From: Patescibacteria group bacterium
GTDB lineage: Bacteria > Patescibacteriota > Microgenomatia > UBA8517
DNA: 58,976 nt
Direction: 5' to 3'
NCBI GenBank assembly: GCA_038061225.1
Contig: JBBTZT010000003.1
Coordinates: forward strand, 1-58,976
Shown here: positions 1-8,845 of the stretch, piece by piece
Layout: each line of letters begins with the position of its first letter
How positions within the stretch are numbered: position 1 is the stretch's first letter
Program-made: the position numbers and the translations under genes
Notes under the pieces: generated by a model
What the model saw: only the letters and a program-made list of their open reading frames with translations
Told to the model about the DNA's origin: nothing
The model's database searches: none

Positions 1-1
1 C

Positions 2-223
2 ACCAATTAAAATAAATAATCCTAAAATTGTTGCAATGATTTTTCCACCTGCAAAATTTTTCTTTTGGGTAGTTGTAACAACTGCTGGCATTATTACATC
101 GTCATTTGGAGCGGCAGAACCAGTCGGTGGTGATGATTGTTCATGAATCATTGGAGGTAGATTAGTCTCCACTTCTAGAATAGGAGGAACATCACTAGTG
201 GTGTTTTGATTATTATCAGGCAT
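2..223 (-). CDS. Partial membrane protein (Pro-rich N-terminus then TM helix), runs off the window start
   Basis: Manual translation from ATG at 223: MPDNNQNTTSDVPPILEVETNLPPMIHEQSSPPTGSAAPNDDVIMPAVVTTTQKKKFAGGKIIATILGLFILIG. No stop before the edge. The start overlaps the stop of the 216-1511 gene by 8 bp. Confidence 0.75.
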   Translation of the reverse strand, partial: MPDNNQNTTSDVPPILEVETNLPPMIHEQSSPPTGSAAPNDDVIMPAVVTTTQKKNFAGGKIIATILGLFILIG

Positions 224-1511
224 ATGCTTTTTTCCAAATAAAAATAGATGACATTAATACTCCTATACCCATTATGAATAGACCTAGAGTAGCTGTCAAG
301 CTACCAGTCTCTGGTGTGGGCCCGCCTAGACTCGCGCTAGTCGAGGCTGGTGGTGCGGTTGCAGAAGATGTTGCAGTAGCTGATGGGCTACTAATAGGTG
401 TTGCAGAAGGTGTTGATTCAAAAGCTGGGCCTTCTGAGGCTGAAACTACAAAAGATCGAGTTACTGTTCGTAAAACGCCAGTTGTATCTCTCCATTTGAT
501 TGTCAATTTATGTTCCCCCGGTTCAAGATTATTTGGAGGACTCCAACTCCATTTTCCAGTGGATGTTGTCTTTAAAGTATCTGTTTGCATCTCCGATTCA
601 ACAACAATTTCTAACTCAGAATTTTTAGGAGCAGTTCCAAAAAATTCAGGATTAGTGGTGGTTATTATTTCACCTTCATCGATAGAATCAATTTTAATAT
701 TCTCTGTAGTTTGTGTTTCATTTGTTTTTGTAATTTCAAAACGCGATGAAATTTCAATTGATTCTGGTACAGTTAAATTGCTTTCAGGAAGTGAAGAATC
801 ATCGGTTTGTGGTAAAGACCTAAAATCATAGGTTCTACCAAGTATCATTGCGGGAATCGATCTGATCGTTTGTGGATAAATTACAGATTGAGAAGAACCC
901 AACAAACCTCCTTGTACTGAGATTTCAATAGCTGTGTTGTCCGTAATATTACTAATATATATCGATATTGGAATAACATAATTTCCTTCATCAGAGGTTA
1001 AAGTTGAAAGAACTGACCCATTTATTGTTAGATAAACTAAAGCTTTTGCAGGAGTTGATGCATCGGATTTTAAGATTGTTCCTGATGCAATTAAACTGGT
1101 TCCTGATGAATTTTTTGCAGAAAGTGTTTTTGTTTGCCAAGGAATTCCTTCATTATCATAATCATTTCCGTTGGAGTTAATTTTAAATAAAACACTAGAA
1201 TTAGAATCAGCCCCCATGATATTTACTGAATGAACAAAGCTTTTATCAGTTCCCTCTTCTAGCGCAACTTTACTTAATGAGAATTCTCCCTTACCCCATT
1301 TAATAAAGCCATTACTTTCAATATCAGTTGTCCAAGTAACAGTAAAACTTGAATCTGTAATATTTGCGAGCCTAACATTTTTAGGTAAAGCATCTATATT
1401 TGCACTAAGTTTAAATATTTGTTTTGAGTTGATAAGAAAAACTCCCGTAATAACACCAACAAGTAATATTAGTACTCCTAAAATTGTTGGTAATTTTGCA
1501 ATTTTTTTCAT
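216..1511 (-). CDS. Surface protein: N-terminal hydrophobic helix, FN3/PAP-N-like and Ig-like domains, S/T/A/P linker, C-terminal LPxTG-like sorting signal (TPETG-TM-KK)
   Basis: NVRLANITDSSFTVTWTTD resembles FN3. NPEFFGTAPKNSELEI...GKWSWSP...GEHKL resembles a bacterial Ig fold. The protein ends PTPETG, hydrophobic stretch, WKKAYA. Confidence 0.7.
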   Translation of the reverse strand: MKKIAKLPTILGVLILLVGVITGVFLINSKQIFKLSANIDALPKNVRLANITDSSFTVTWTTDIESNGFIKWGKGEFSLSKVALEEGTDKSFVHSVNIMGADSNSSVLFKINSNGNDYDNEGIPWQTKTLSAKNSSGTSLIASGTILKSDASTPAKALVYLTINGSVLSTLTSDEGNYVIPISIYISNITDNTAIEISVQGGLLGSSQSVIYPQTIRSIPAMILGRTYDFRSLPQTDDSSLPESNLTVPESIEISSRFEITKTNETQTTENIKIDSIDEGEIITTTNPEFFGTAPKNSELEIVVESEMQTDTLKTTSTGKWSWSPPNNLEPGEHKLTIKWRDTTGVLRTVTRSFVVSASEGPAFESTPSATPISSPSATATSSATAPPASTSASLGGPTPETGSLTATLGLFIMGIGVLMSSIFIWKKAYA

Positions 1512-1702
1512 AGTTTATTTTTCATTAATTCTATTGTTTCAACATCTAATTTGGGGGTAAGTGGTTTAGTAATTTCATCAGAAACTGTAACGGGCACCCC
1601 TAATGTATATGATCTATATATTGTAAACAAAATCCAAATTGCAACTGTTAATACAGTTAATATCATTAGAATAATTAAACTTGGTAACTTATTTTTCTTC
1701 AT
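1508..1702 (-). CDS. Small single-TM protein in the pilN-pilO operon
   Basis: MKKNKLPSLIILMILTVLTVAIWILF... The start at 1702 is preferred over 1717. Overlaps both neighbours. Confidence 0.65.
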   Translation of the reverse strand: MKKNKLPSLIILMILTVLTVAIWILFTIYRSYTLGVPVTVSDEITKPLTPKLDVETIELMKNKL

Positions 1703-2318
1703 ATTCATATGGTACATTGCCTGAGATTGTTAAAACAATAAACTTCTCATTGTCTGCAGTAATATTTGAATTAAAAACAAAAGAGTCAATTCTAAATGGT
1801 CTTCTTAAGTTTTCAATAGTTTGCAAAAACAAAAATAGATTTTGGTAATTACCAGTTACAGAAAAACTAACAGGTAATTCATTTTCAACCTTTTTGTCTG
1901 AGCTACCTTTTAAAAATATATTTGCAGATGAAAAGTTTCGTATTACGACAGAGCTATCAAAAGCTATTTTTTCAATCTGTTTTACTAGTTGTTCAACATT
2001 AGCACCCGTCGGAATTGCACTATCAATGAGTTCTAAATTTTGTGACTCTTTTTGTAATATATTACTTGCAATTTTTAAGTTACTAATTTTTTGAGTTAGT
2101 AGTGAAACTGTGTTTTCTTTACTTTTTATTTCATTATTTAACTCTACTATGGTTAGAATTGTTGGTTTAATTGCATAAATTGAAAAAATAATAATTGTTC
2201 CCAAAGACAAGATGAGTTCAAGGTAAGCTTTTAAGTTTGGTTTTGAATTATATATAGCCAATATATCCAAGAAAAAACCTTTGTATCTTAAATAATCTTT
2301 TCTCCATCCCTGTGCCAT
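1689..2318 (-). CDS. pilO: Type IV pilus assembly protein PilO-like
   Basis: TM helix, coiled coil, then ferredoxin-like C-domain (LPVSFSVTGNYQNLFLFLQTIENLRRPFRIDS). Lies directly downstream of pilN. Confidence 0.75.
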   Translation of the reverse strand: MAQGWRKDYLRYKGFFLDILAIYNSKPNLKAYLELILSLGTIIIFSIYAIKPTILTIVELNNEIKSKENTVSLLTQKISNLKIASNILQKESQNLELIDSAIPTGANVEQLVKQIEKIAFDSSVVIRNFSSANIFLKGSSDKKVENELPVSFSVTGNYQNLFLFLQTIENLRRPFRIDSFVFNSNITADNEKFIVLTISGNVPYEYEEK

Positions 2319-2342
2319 ATTTAGATTTATACAAGCTTTCGC

Positions 2343-2906
2343 TTATTTTTCTCCTTTCTTTGTATTATTAACTTTTGCAGAGATTGTAAAGGTTGTTACA
2401 GAACTATTTTCAATACTTGATGCAACTTGTGATAAATTTACGTCAGTAATTTCTTTTAAATCACTAAGGTTAATAAGGAATTGAGCAATTGATCTCTCTG
2501 AATAAGAAAGAGCTTTTATTTGAATTCCACTTTCACCCTCTTGTATTGAAGATAAAATTAAATCAAAAGGCATTAAATCAGAAATTTTTTTGACTAACTC
2601 ACTTCTTTTGCTTTCAGAATAAAAATTTTTAGCAACACTTAATTTCTTTTGATACATTCTAAATTCTTTTTCTACCTCTGCATAAGCTAAAACCTGAACT
2701 TTGTTCATATTAATTTCTTCATTCAAATCAGAATTTCTTGAATCTAGCCAAAATCTTGATAAAAATGCAGACATGACAACAAGCTCTGTAATGATAACCA
2801 TGATTCTAAAAGAAGATAAAGCCCATTTTAATATTCTTCCCAGAGTAGTATTTTGCAAATTATCACTAGGAAGTAAATTTATATGTTTTGGTTTGTTGGT
2901 GGGCAT
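2343..2906 (-). CDS. pilN: Type IV pilus assembly protein PilN-like
   Basis: N-terminal INLLP motif, TM, coiled coil, and C-terminal IQIKALSYSERSIAQFLINL...FTISA. Confidence 0.75.
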   Translation of the reverse strand: MPTNKPKHINLLPSDNLQNTTLGRILKWALSSFRIMVIITELVVMSAFLSRFWLDSRNSDLNEEINMNKVQVLAYAEVEKEFRMYQKKLSVAKNFYSESKRSELVKKISDLMPFDLILSSIQEGESGIQIKALSYSERSIAQFLINLSDLKEITDVNLSQVASSIENSSVTTFTISAKVNNTKKGEK

Positions 2907-2921
2907 ACACCCAATGTAGCA

Positions 2922-3173
2922 TTATTTGGAGACTTTTGAAAGACTATACAGCTTAGAAAGCTGAGATTTAATTCTACTAGCCTTATTCTTATGAATTGTC
3001 TTTTCTTTTGAAGCTCTATCAACCAAGGAAATAGCCTTTTCAATGTTTTTCTTAATCTTGGTTTTTTTAGCACTCTTAATTGATATTTCCAATTTAGACA
3101 TCCTTATTTTATTGAGAGATTCTTTTCTTTTAGAACTTCTTAAAGCTCTTTTGGCCGTTTTAGTTACTGGCAT
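2922..3173 (-). CDS. rpsT: 30S ribosomal protein bS20
   Basis: MPVTKTAKRALRSS...IHKNKASRIKSQL. Confidence 0.95.
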   Translation of the reverse strand: MPVTKTAKRALRSSKRKESLNKIRMSKLEISIKSAKKTKIKKNIEKAISLVDRASKEKTIHKNKASRIKSQLSKLYSLSKVSK

Positions 3174-3179
3174 GAGGGT

Positions 3180-3187
3180 AGTATAAT
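3180..3187. promoter_or_regulatory. Overlapping divergent -10 boxes for rpsT and murJ
   Basis: AGTATAAT reads TATAAT on + (8 nt before the murJ ATG) and TATACT on - (6 nt before the rpsT ATG). The intergenic gap is 22 bp. Confidence 0.6.
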
Positions 3188-3195
3188 CAAAAAAA

Positions 3196-4902
3196 ATGAA
3201 ATTAACAACAGTAACTAAATTAAAATTAATTTTTGCAAAATTAAAATCACTTATTTCTGACCAACAACACTCAGTTTTAAAAGCCGCGACTTTAATAATG
3301 ATAATGATTATTATCTCAAGATTATTAGGTTTAGTTCGTCAAAGAGTACTCGCCCATTATTTTGCACCAAGCGATTTAAGTCTTTTTTTTGCAGCCTTTA
3401 GATTGCCTGATACTATTTTTGAAGTACTGGTTTTTGGAACTTTTGCATCTGCTTTTATACCCATATTTACAAAAACTCTAAAAGATTCAAAAACAAAAGC
3501 TTGGGAAGTTGCAGGAATTGTAGCTAATTGGGGAGGTGTTATATTTTTAATACTAGCGGCTGTAGTAGTTATTTTTGCTCACCCGCTTTATAGAATAATA
3601 ACTCCAGGTTTTAATATTGCTGATCAAACAAGAATTGTGGATTTGGCTCGTATTTTATTTATTGCTCAAGGTTTTTTTGTAATTTCCTATGTTTTAACTG
3701 CAGTTTTAGAATCTTCAAAAAGATTTTTTATACCAGCTCTAGCACCACTTTTTTACAATCTTGGTATTATTGTTTCTACAATTCTTTTTTATAGTAAATT
3801 TGGACTTTTTGCTCCCGTTATTGGAGTTGTCGTTGGATCAGCTTGCCATTTGCTGACGCAACTGCCCTTGGCAGTAAAATTAGGTTTTAAATTCAGTAGA
3901 AGTTTTAAAATAACAGCAGAAGTCAAAAAAATTGCAAAACTTTCAGCACCTAGGATTCTTGAAGTATCTTTTCTACAAATTGCAAAATTTGTAGAGCTAA
4001 CTTTAGCTTCACTTATTTCAGTTCCTGCTTATACTTATTTTACTTTTGGGAATTCTGTCCAACTTATTCCGGTTGGTTTGTTTGGGACATCAATTGCAAA
4101 AGCGGCTTTTCCAACTTTATCAATGCAATCTGACAATTTAGAAGCTTTTAAAAAGACTTTATTTGAAACATTAAATCAAATAGTTTTTTTAATGGCTCCA
4201 ATTGTTGCCTTTTTAACAATTGCTAGAATTCCTGTAGTTAGACTTATTTTTGGAACAGATATATTTACATGGGATGCAACAATTGAAACTTCTTTTGTTG
4301 TTTCAGCATTTGCTGTTGGTATTTTTTCCCAAGCAGCAAATTCAATTTTAGCAAGAAGTTTTTACGCACTTCATGATACAAAAACACCAGTTTTAATATC
4401 AATTTCAACTCTTTTTGTAAATATTATTTTAGATTATTTACTTGTTATCGTTTATAAATTGCCTGTTTGGAGTTTGGCAGCAGCATTTTCTTTTGCATCT
4501 ATTGTTCAAATGATAATTCTTTTTACACTTGTCACCAAACGAATTCACAATGGAGTAAAAACTGGATTATATCTTCCTATTCTGAAATCTTTGACAGGAG
4601 GAGTTGTTTCTGGAGTAGTTATGTTTTTCATTTTAAAATTTTTCGATAAATCAGTTTGGATCAAAAAACTTTCATTCATCAGTAATCTTGATTTACCTTT
4701 TGAAAAATTTGTTCTTGATACTAGATATACAGGAAATTTATTAATTTTAACTGCAATTGTTGGTATAATTGGAGTAACAGTTTATCTAATAATTCTTAAA
4801 CTCTTGAAATCTAAAGAATTAGATACTTTTGTAAACTTAGTCAAACGAATGCTAGTCGGCCAAAAGTTTTCTACTGCCTCAGTAAACGAAGAAATTGTAT
4901 AA
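3196..4902 (+). CDS. murJ: Lipid II flippase MurJ (MviN)
   Basis: SRLLGLVR...AAFRLPD...F, multiple TM helices, LARSFYALHDTKTP. Confidence 0.95.
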   Translation: MKLTTVTKLKLIFAKLKSLISDQQHSVLKAATLIMIMIIISRLLGLVRQRVLAHYFAPSDLSLFFAAFRLPDTIFEVLVFGTFASAFIPIFTKTLKDSKTKAWEVAGIVANWGGVIFLILAAVVVIFAHPLYRIITPGFNIADQTRIVDLARILFIAQGFFVISYVLTAVLESSKRFFIPALAPLFYNLGIIVSTILFYSKFGLFAPVIGVVVGSACHLLTQLPLAVKLGFKFSRSFKITAEVKKIAKLSAPRILEVSFLQIAKFVELTLASLISVPAYTYFTFGNSVQLIPVGLFGTSIAKAAFPTLSMQSDNLEAFKKTLFETLNQIVFLMAPIVAFLTIARIPVVRLIFGTDIFTWDATIETSFVVSAFAVGIFSQAANSILARSFYALHDTKTPVLISISTLFVNIILDYLLVIVYKLPVWSLAAAFSFASIVQMIILFTLVTKRIHNGVKTGLYLPILKSLTGGVVSGVVMFFILKFFDKSVWIKKLSFISNLDLPFEKFVLDTRYTGNLLILTAIVGIIGVTVYLIILKLLKSKELDTFVNLVKRMLVGQKFSTASVNEEIV

Positions 4903-4915
4903 ATAAAAGACATCC

Positions 4916-4944
4916 TTGACAGTCAACTGATCAAATTGTACAAT
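4916..4944 (+). promoter_or_regulatory. Sigma70 promoter of the TA operon with palindromic operator candidates
   Basis: TTGACA(4916)-17 bp-TACAAT(4939). Palindromes TTGAC-A-GTCAA (4916-4926) and ATTGTACAAT (4935-4944) overlie the -35 and -10. Confidence 0.8.
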
Positions 4945-4954
4945 CTGACTAGTT

Positions 4955-5227
4955 ATGTTAAAGAACTTAAAAACAATATCTGCATATGAAGCTAGGAAGA
5001 ACTTTGGTGAACTAATGAATCTCGCTTACTATAATAATTATGAAATTATTGTGGAAAAAATGGGAAAACCTATGATTAAAATTGTTAAAATGGTTGCCGC
5101 GATAAGCACTACGCCTTCTAGGTCTGAAATAATGTCTAAATATTCGGGTATTTGGAGTACAAATGATGCAAATGAAATTGGAAAATCAACAAAGTCATTC
5201 AGAAAAAATTTTAAACTAGTAAAATAG
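4955..5227 (+). CDS. Phd/YefM-family antitoxin
   Basis: TISAYEARKNFGELMNLAYYNNYEIIVEKMGKP matches the Phd/YefM DNA-binding N-terminus. Sits upstream of a PIN toxin. Confidence 0.85.
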   Translation: MLKNLKTISAYEARKNFGELMNLAYYNNYEIIVEKMGKPMIKIVKMVAAISTTPSRSEIMSKYSGIWSTNDANEIGKSTKSFRKNFKLVK

Positions 5228-5238
5228 AAAACAAAAAA

Positions 5239-5646
5239 ATGGGATTGCTTCTAGATAGTGATGTTATTATTGACCATTTAAATAGTAAAAGTGATTATTT
5301 ATCTTCAATTATTAGTATTTCAAAAGAAGATTTGTTTATGAGTATTATTAATTGGTCAGAGATTATATACGGTATTAGGAAATCAAAAGATCCAATTAAG
5401 TCAAATAAACAATTTAATGGTTTTATTTTTGATCTAAATATAAAGATATTAGATCTTAATTTGAAAATTGCAAATAAATTTATTGATTTAAAAATTGATT
5501 TAGAAAAAAAGGGATCAAAACTTGAAGACTTTGATTTAATTATCGGGGCAACTTCAATATTAAATGATTTGACTTTAGTTACTGGAAATATTAAACATTT
5601 TTCTAGATTTCCAGAAATACAAATTTATCCAAAAAAAACCTCTTGA
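5239..5646 (+). CDS. vapC: VapC-like PIN-domain toxin
   Basis: LLDSDVIID, E, D..IGAT, VTGNIKHF acidic PIN motifs. Confidence 0.9.
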   Translation: MGLLLDSDVIIDHLNSKSDYLSSIISISKEDLFMSIINWSEIIYGIRKSKDPIKSNKQFNGFIFDLNIKILDLNLKIANKFIDLKIDLEKKGSKLEDFDLIIGATSILNDLTLVTGNIKHFSRFPEIQIYPKKTS

Positions 5647-5679
5647 CAATTGTTGGCACTCAGGGTATATTACTGCTAA
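5643..5679 (+). promoter_or_regulatory. Sigma70 promoter with an overlapping CIRCE operator
   Basis: TTGACA(5643)-17-TATATT(5666). TTGGCACTC-N9-TACTGCTAA at 5653-5679 versus CIRCE consensus TTAGCACTC-N9-GAGTGCTAA (3 mismatches), directly upstream of hrcA. Confidence 0.8.
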
Positions 5680-5700
5680 TACCAATTGGTTCGCATTAAT

Positions 5701-6426
5701 ATGAACGCATTAACATCAAGACAAACACAAATTTTAAAAGCATTGATAGATGAGTATATTGATACCGCAGAGCCGGTTGGTTCTGGTTCATTAGAAAAAA
5801 AATATAACTTAGGAGTATCCCCCGCAACAATTCGTAATGAAATGAATCTTTTGACCAAATCAGGATTTTTAAAACAGCCCCATACATCAGCAGGTAGAAT
5901 TCCAACATCAGGAGCTATGAAATTCTATGTTGATCAATTAATGGAAGAGAAACAAATGAGTTTAGCCGATGAAGTAAAGGCAAAAGAAGAAGTTTGGGAT
6001 GATAGGGGTAATTTTGATAAATTTATAAATGAAATAACACATTCTTTGGCAGAAAGAACTGGAGCTATGGCGATTGCTGCCATGCAAGATGGTTTTGTTT
6101 GGCAAGCTGGGCATGGAAATATATTTAGTTACCCTGAATTTGAAAATACTGCAGCTTGTGCCTCACTATTTGATTTTATAGACGAAGATGAACAATTAAT
6201 TGATTTATTTTTCAACCGATTTCCAGTTGAAACCCCATTTGATGTTTTATTTACTGAAGACATGGGATTTCGCAATATGCCAGTGGGTATAGTAGCTGCA
6301 CATTTTAAAGTTAAAGATAGAAACGGTGCGATCGGAGTATTTGGACCAGTAAGACAAACTTATTCAAACATCGTTCCAATGATAAGATATTATAGAGGAA
6401 TGCTTGAAGAAATAATGGGAATATGA
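5701..6426 (+). CDS. hrcA: Heat-inducible transcription repressor HrcA
   Basis: LTSRQTQIL..LIDEYI.TAEPVGS...SPATIRNEM..L...G.L.QPHTSAGRIPT. The ATG at 5701 is preferred to the TTG at 5686. Confidence 0.95.
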   Translation: MNALTSRQTQILKALIDEYIDTAEPVGSGSLEKKYNLGVSPATIRNEMNLLTKSGFLKQPHTSAGRIPTSGAMKFYVDQLMEEKQMSLADEVKAKEEVWDDRGNFDKFINEITHSLAERTGAMAIAAMQDGFVWQAGHGNIFSYPEFENTAACASLFDFIDEDEQLIDLFFNRFPVETPFDVLFTEDMGFRNMPVGIVAAHFKVKDRNGAIGVFGPVRQTYSNIVPMIRYYRGMLEEIMGI

Positions 6427-6890
6427 TTACAAAAAGTAAAAAAATAAAGAATGAAGAATTAAATGATATGAAAAATCAATTAGCTCGTGCTTTAGCAGAT
6501 TATGCAAATTTAAAGAAAAGATCCGAAGAAGAAAGAGTAGAAATGTATAAACTAGCAAGTATTTCTTTTATGATTAAAATATTACCTATTATTGACAATC
6601 TAAAACAAGCTCAAAGTCATGTTAATGATTCTGGTATTGCAATAATTGTTGGACAACTTGAAACACTTGCTAAAGAAGAAGGATTTGAAGAGATTAAAAC
6701 AAAAGTAGGAGAAAAGTTTAATGAATCAACTGACGAGGTGATAGAAGCACTTGAAACAAATAAAGAATTAGAAGATAATAATATTTCAGAAGTTGTTATG
6801 TCAGGCTGGAAATATTCTGATGGGACAATTGTCAGACACGCAAGAGTTAAAGTGTATAAGCGAAGCTTGCCACCTACGGTGGTAAATTAA
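6423..6890 (+). CDS. grpE: Nucleotide exchange factor GrpE
   Basis: RALADYANLKKR...GEKFNE...SGWKYSDGTIVRHARVKV; located in the hrcA-dnaK operon. Confidence 0.9.
   Translation: MITKSKKIKNEELNDMKNQLARALADYANLKKRSEEERVEMYKLASISFMIKILPIIDNLKQAQSHVNDSGIAIIVGQLETLAKEEGFEEIKTKVGEKFNESTDEVIEALETNKELEDNNISEVVMSGWKYSDGTIVRHARVKVYKRSLPPTVVN
6856..6882 (+). repeat. Mini-hairpin element ATAAGCGAAGCTTG-CCACC-TAC-GGTGG
   Basis: The first 18 nt match the reverse complement of 30888-30905 exactly. Related cores at 17664, 46735, 48920, 48944 and 55671. Confidence 0.8.
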
Positions 6891-6896
6891 AATAAT

Positions 6897-8810
6897 ATGT
6901 CTAAAATAATTGGAATTGATTTAGGAACAACAAATAGCTGTGTAGCTGTAATGGAAGGTGGAACACCTAAAGTTATCGCCACTTCTGATACTGGTAAAAA
7001 TACAACACCATCAGTTGTTGAACTTGGCAAAAATCTAGTAGGAGATGTTGCAAAACGCCAGATGATTCTAAATCCTACAAACACAATCTCATCAGTTAAA
7101 AGATTAATGGGGAGAAGATTTGAGGACAAAGAAGTAACGAGGACTCAGAAAATGGTTTCTTATAAAATTGTTTCAGGTAAAAGTGGGATGGCTGATGTTG
7201 AAATTGATGGCAAGACTTATACTCCACAAGAAATAAGTGCCAGAGTTTTAATGAAACTTAAAAAAGATGCAGAAAAATATCTTGGAGAAACTGTAGACCG
7301 CGCAGTTATTACAGTTCCTGCGTATTTTGATGATTCTCAACGACAAGCAACAAAACAGGCGGGTGAAATCGCAGGACTTAAAGTAGAAAGAATTATTAAT
7401 GAACCAACCGCAGCTGCTTTAGCATATGGATTGGATAAAAAGAAAAATGAAAAAATAGCAGTCTATGATCTTGGCGGTGGAACTTTTGATATTTCAATTC
7501 TAGAACTTGGAGATGGAGTGTTTGAGGTAAAGTCTACAAATGGTGATACACACCTAGGTGGAGATGATTTTGATGAAAAGATAGTAGATTTTATTGCAGA
7601 GGAATTCAAAAAAGAAAATTCAATGGATCTAAGGCTTGATAAACAAGCCTTACAACGTGTCAGAGATGCTGCGGAAAAAGCAAAAATTGAGCTTACTGCT
7701 ACTGAGGAAGTTGAAATAAATCAACCTTATATCACACAAAAAGATGGTCAACCGCTTCACTTGACAATGAAATTAACAAGAGCAAAGTTAGAATCAATTG
7801 TTGATGATTTAATTGTCAAAACAATTAAACCAGTTGAAGATTGTCTAAAAGATGCAAAACTTAAAACATCTGATATTAATGAAGTTATTTTAGTTGGTGG
7901 AATGACAAGAATGCCAAAGGTTGTTGAAGAAGTTAAAAAATTCTTTGGCAAAGAACCTAATAAATCAGTAAATCCTGATGAAGTTGTGGCAATTGGAGCT
8001 GCTATTCAAGCAGGAGTTTTAGCAGGAGACGTTAAAGATATTCTTCTTTTAGATGTTACTCCGCTAACACTTGCCATTGAAACAATGGGAGGCGTTGCAA
8101 CACCAATGATTCCAAGAAACACTACAGTTCCAACATCAAAAACTGAGGTTTTCTCAACTGCGGCAGATAATCAGACACAAGTTGAAATTCACATAACACA
8201 AGGTGAAAGACCACTTAGTAATGACAATAAAGCGCTAGGAAGATTTGTATTAGATGGTATTCCACCAGCTCCAAGAGGAGTTCCACAAATTGAAGTTATG
8301 TTTGATCTTGATGCGAATGGAATTTTAACAGTTACTGCAAAAGACAAAGCAACAGGAAAAACACAAAATATTAAAATTACAGGTTCTGTGGGATTAACAG
8401 ATGAAGAAGTTAAAAAAGCTCAAGAAGATGCAGAAAAGAATAAAGTAGAAGATGAAAAGAAAGCAGAAACTATAAAAGCCAAAAATACTGCAGATGCAAC
8501 AATTGTGATGGCTGAGAAAGCTATTAAAGATGCTGGAGACAAAGCACCAAAAGAAGTAGTAGAAAAAGTACAAGATAAAATTAAGGCATTAAAAGATATT
8601 TTAGAAACTGGATCAAAAGAAGATTTAGAAAGCAAGACAAAAGAACTTTCAGATACTTTGTCTGAAGTTGGTCAAGCAATGTATGCAAACCAAACACCTC
8701 CACAAGGTGAAGGACAACCAGCAACAGAAGAATCAAAAGAAGATGAATCTAAGAAATCAGACAAAAAAGGTGATTCTAAGATCGAAGAAGGTGAAGTGGT
8801 AAGCGAATAG
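6897..8810 (+). CDS. dnaK: Chaperone DnaK
   Basis: [31 protein letters not shown]. Confidence 0.99.
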   Translation: MSKIIGIDLGTTNSCVAVMEGGTPKVIATSDTGKNTTPSVVELGKNLVGDVAKRQMILNPTNTISSVKRLMGRRFEDKEVTRTQKMVSYKIVSGKSGMADVEIDGKTYTPQEISARVLMKLKKDAEKYLGETVDRAVITVPAYFDDSQRQATKQAGEIAGLKVERIINEPTAAALAYGLDKKKNEKIAVYDLGGGTFDISILELGDGVFEVKSTNGDTHLGGDDFDEKIVDFIAEEFKKENSMDLRLDKQALQRVRDAAEKAKIELTATEEVEINQPYITQKDGQPLHLTMKLTRAKLESIVDDLIVKTIKPVEDCLKDAKLKTSDINEVILVGGMTRMPKVVEEVKKFFGKEPNKSVNPDEVVAIGAAIQAGVLAGDVKDILLLDVTPLTLAIETMGGVATPMIPRNTTVPTSKTEVFSTAADNQTQVEIHITQGERPLSNDNKALGRFVLDGIPPAPRGVPQIEVMFDLDANGILTVTAKDKATGKTQNIKITGSVGLTDEEVKKAQEDAEKNKVEDEKKAETIKAKNTADATIVMAEKAIKDAGDKAPKEVVEKVQDKIKALKDILETGSKEDLESKTKELSDTLSEVGQAMYANQTPPQGEGQPATEESKEDESKKSDKKGDSKIEEGEVVSE

Positions 8811-8845
8811 CTTGCCATGATAAACATGGTAGAATAACTTCTGTA

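Noticed and set aside
274-831. 185-aa plus-strand ORF and the many other 60-200 aa antisense ORFs in the track (e.g. 11666-12094, 24153-24578, 28351-28989, 42848-43357, 50350-50940)
   Set aside because: They lie wholly opposite well-supported genes, show no motifs, and have the composition expected of shadow frames.
8812-8835. TTGCCA as the -35 of the dnaJ promoter
   Set aside because: The spacer to TAGAAT is only 12 bp. An extended -10 explains the site better.
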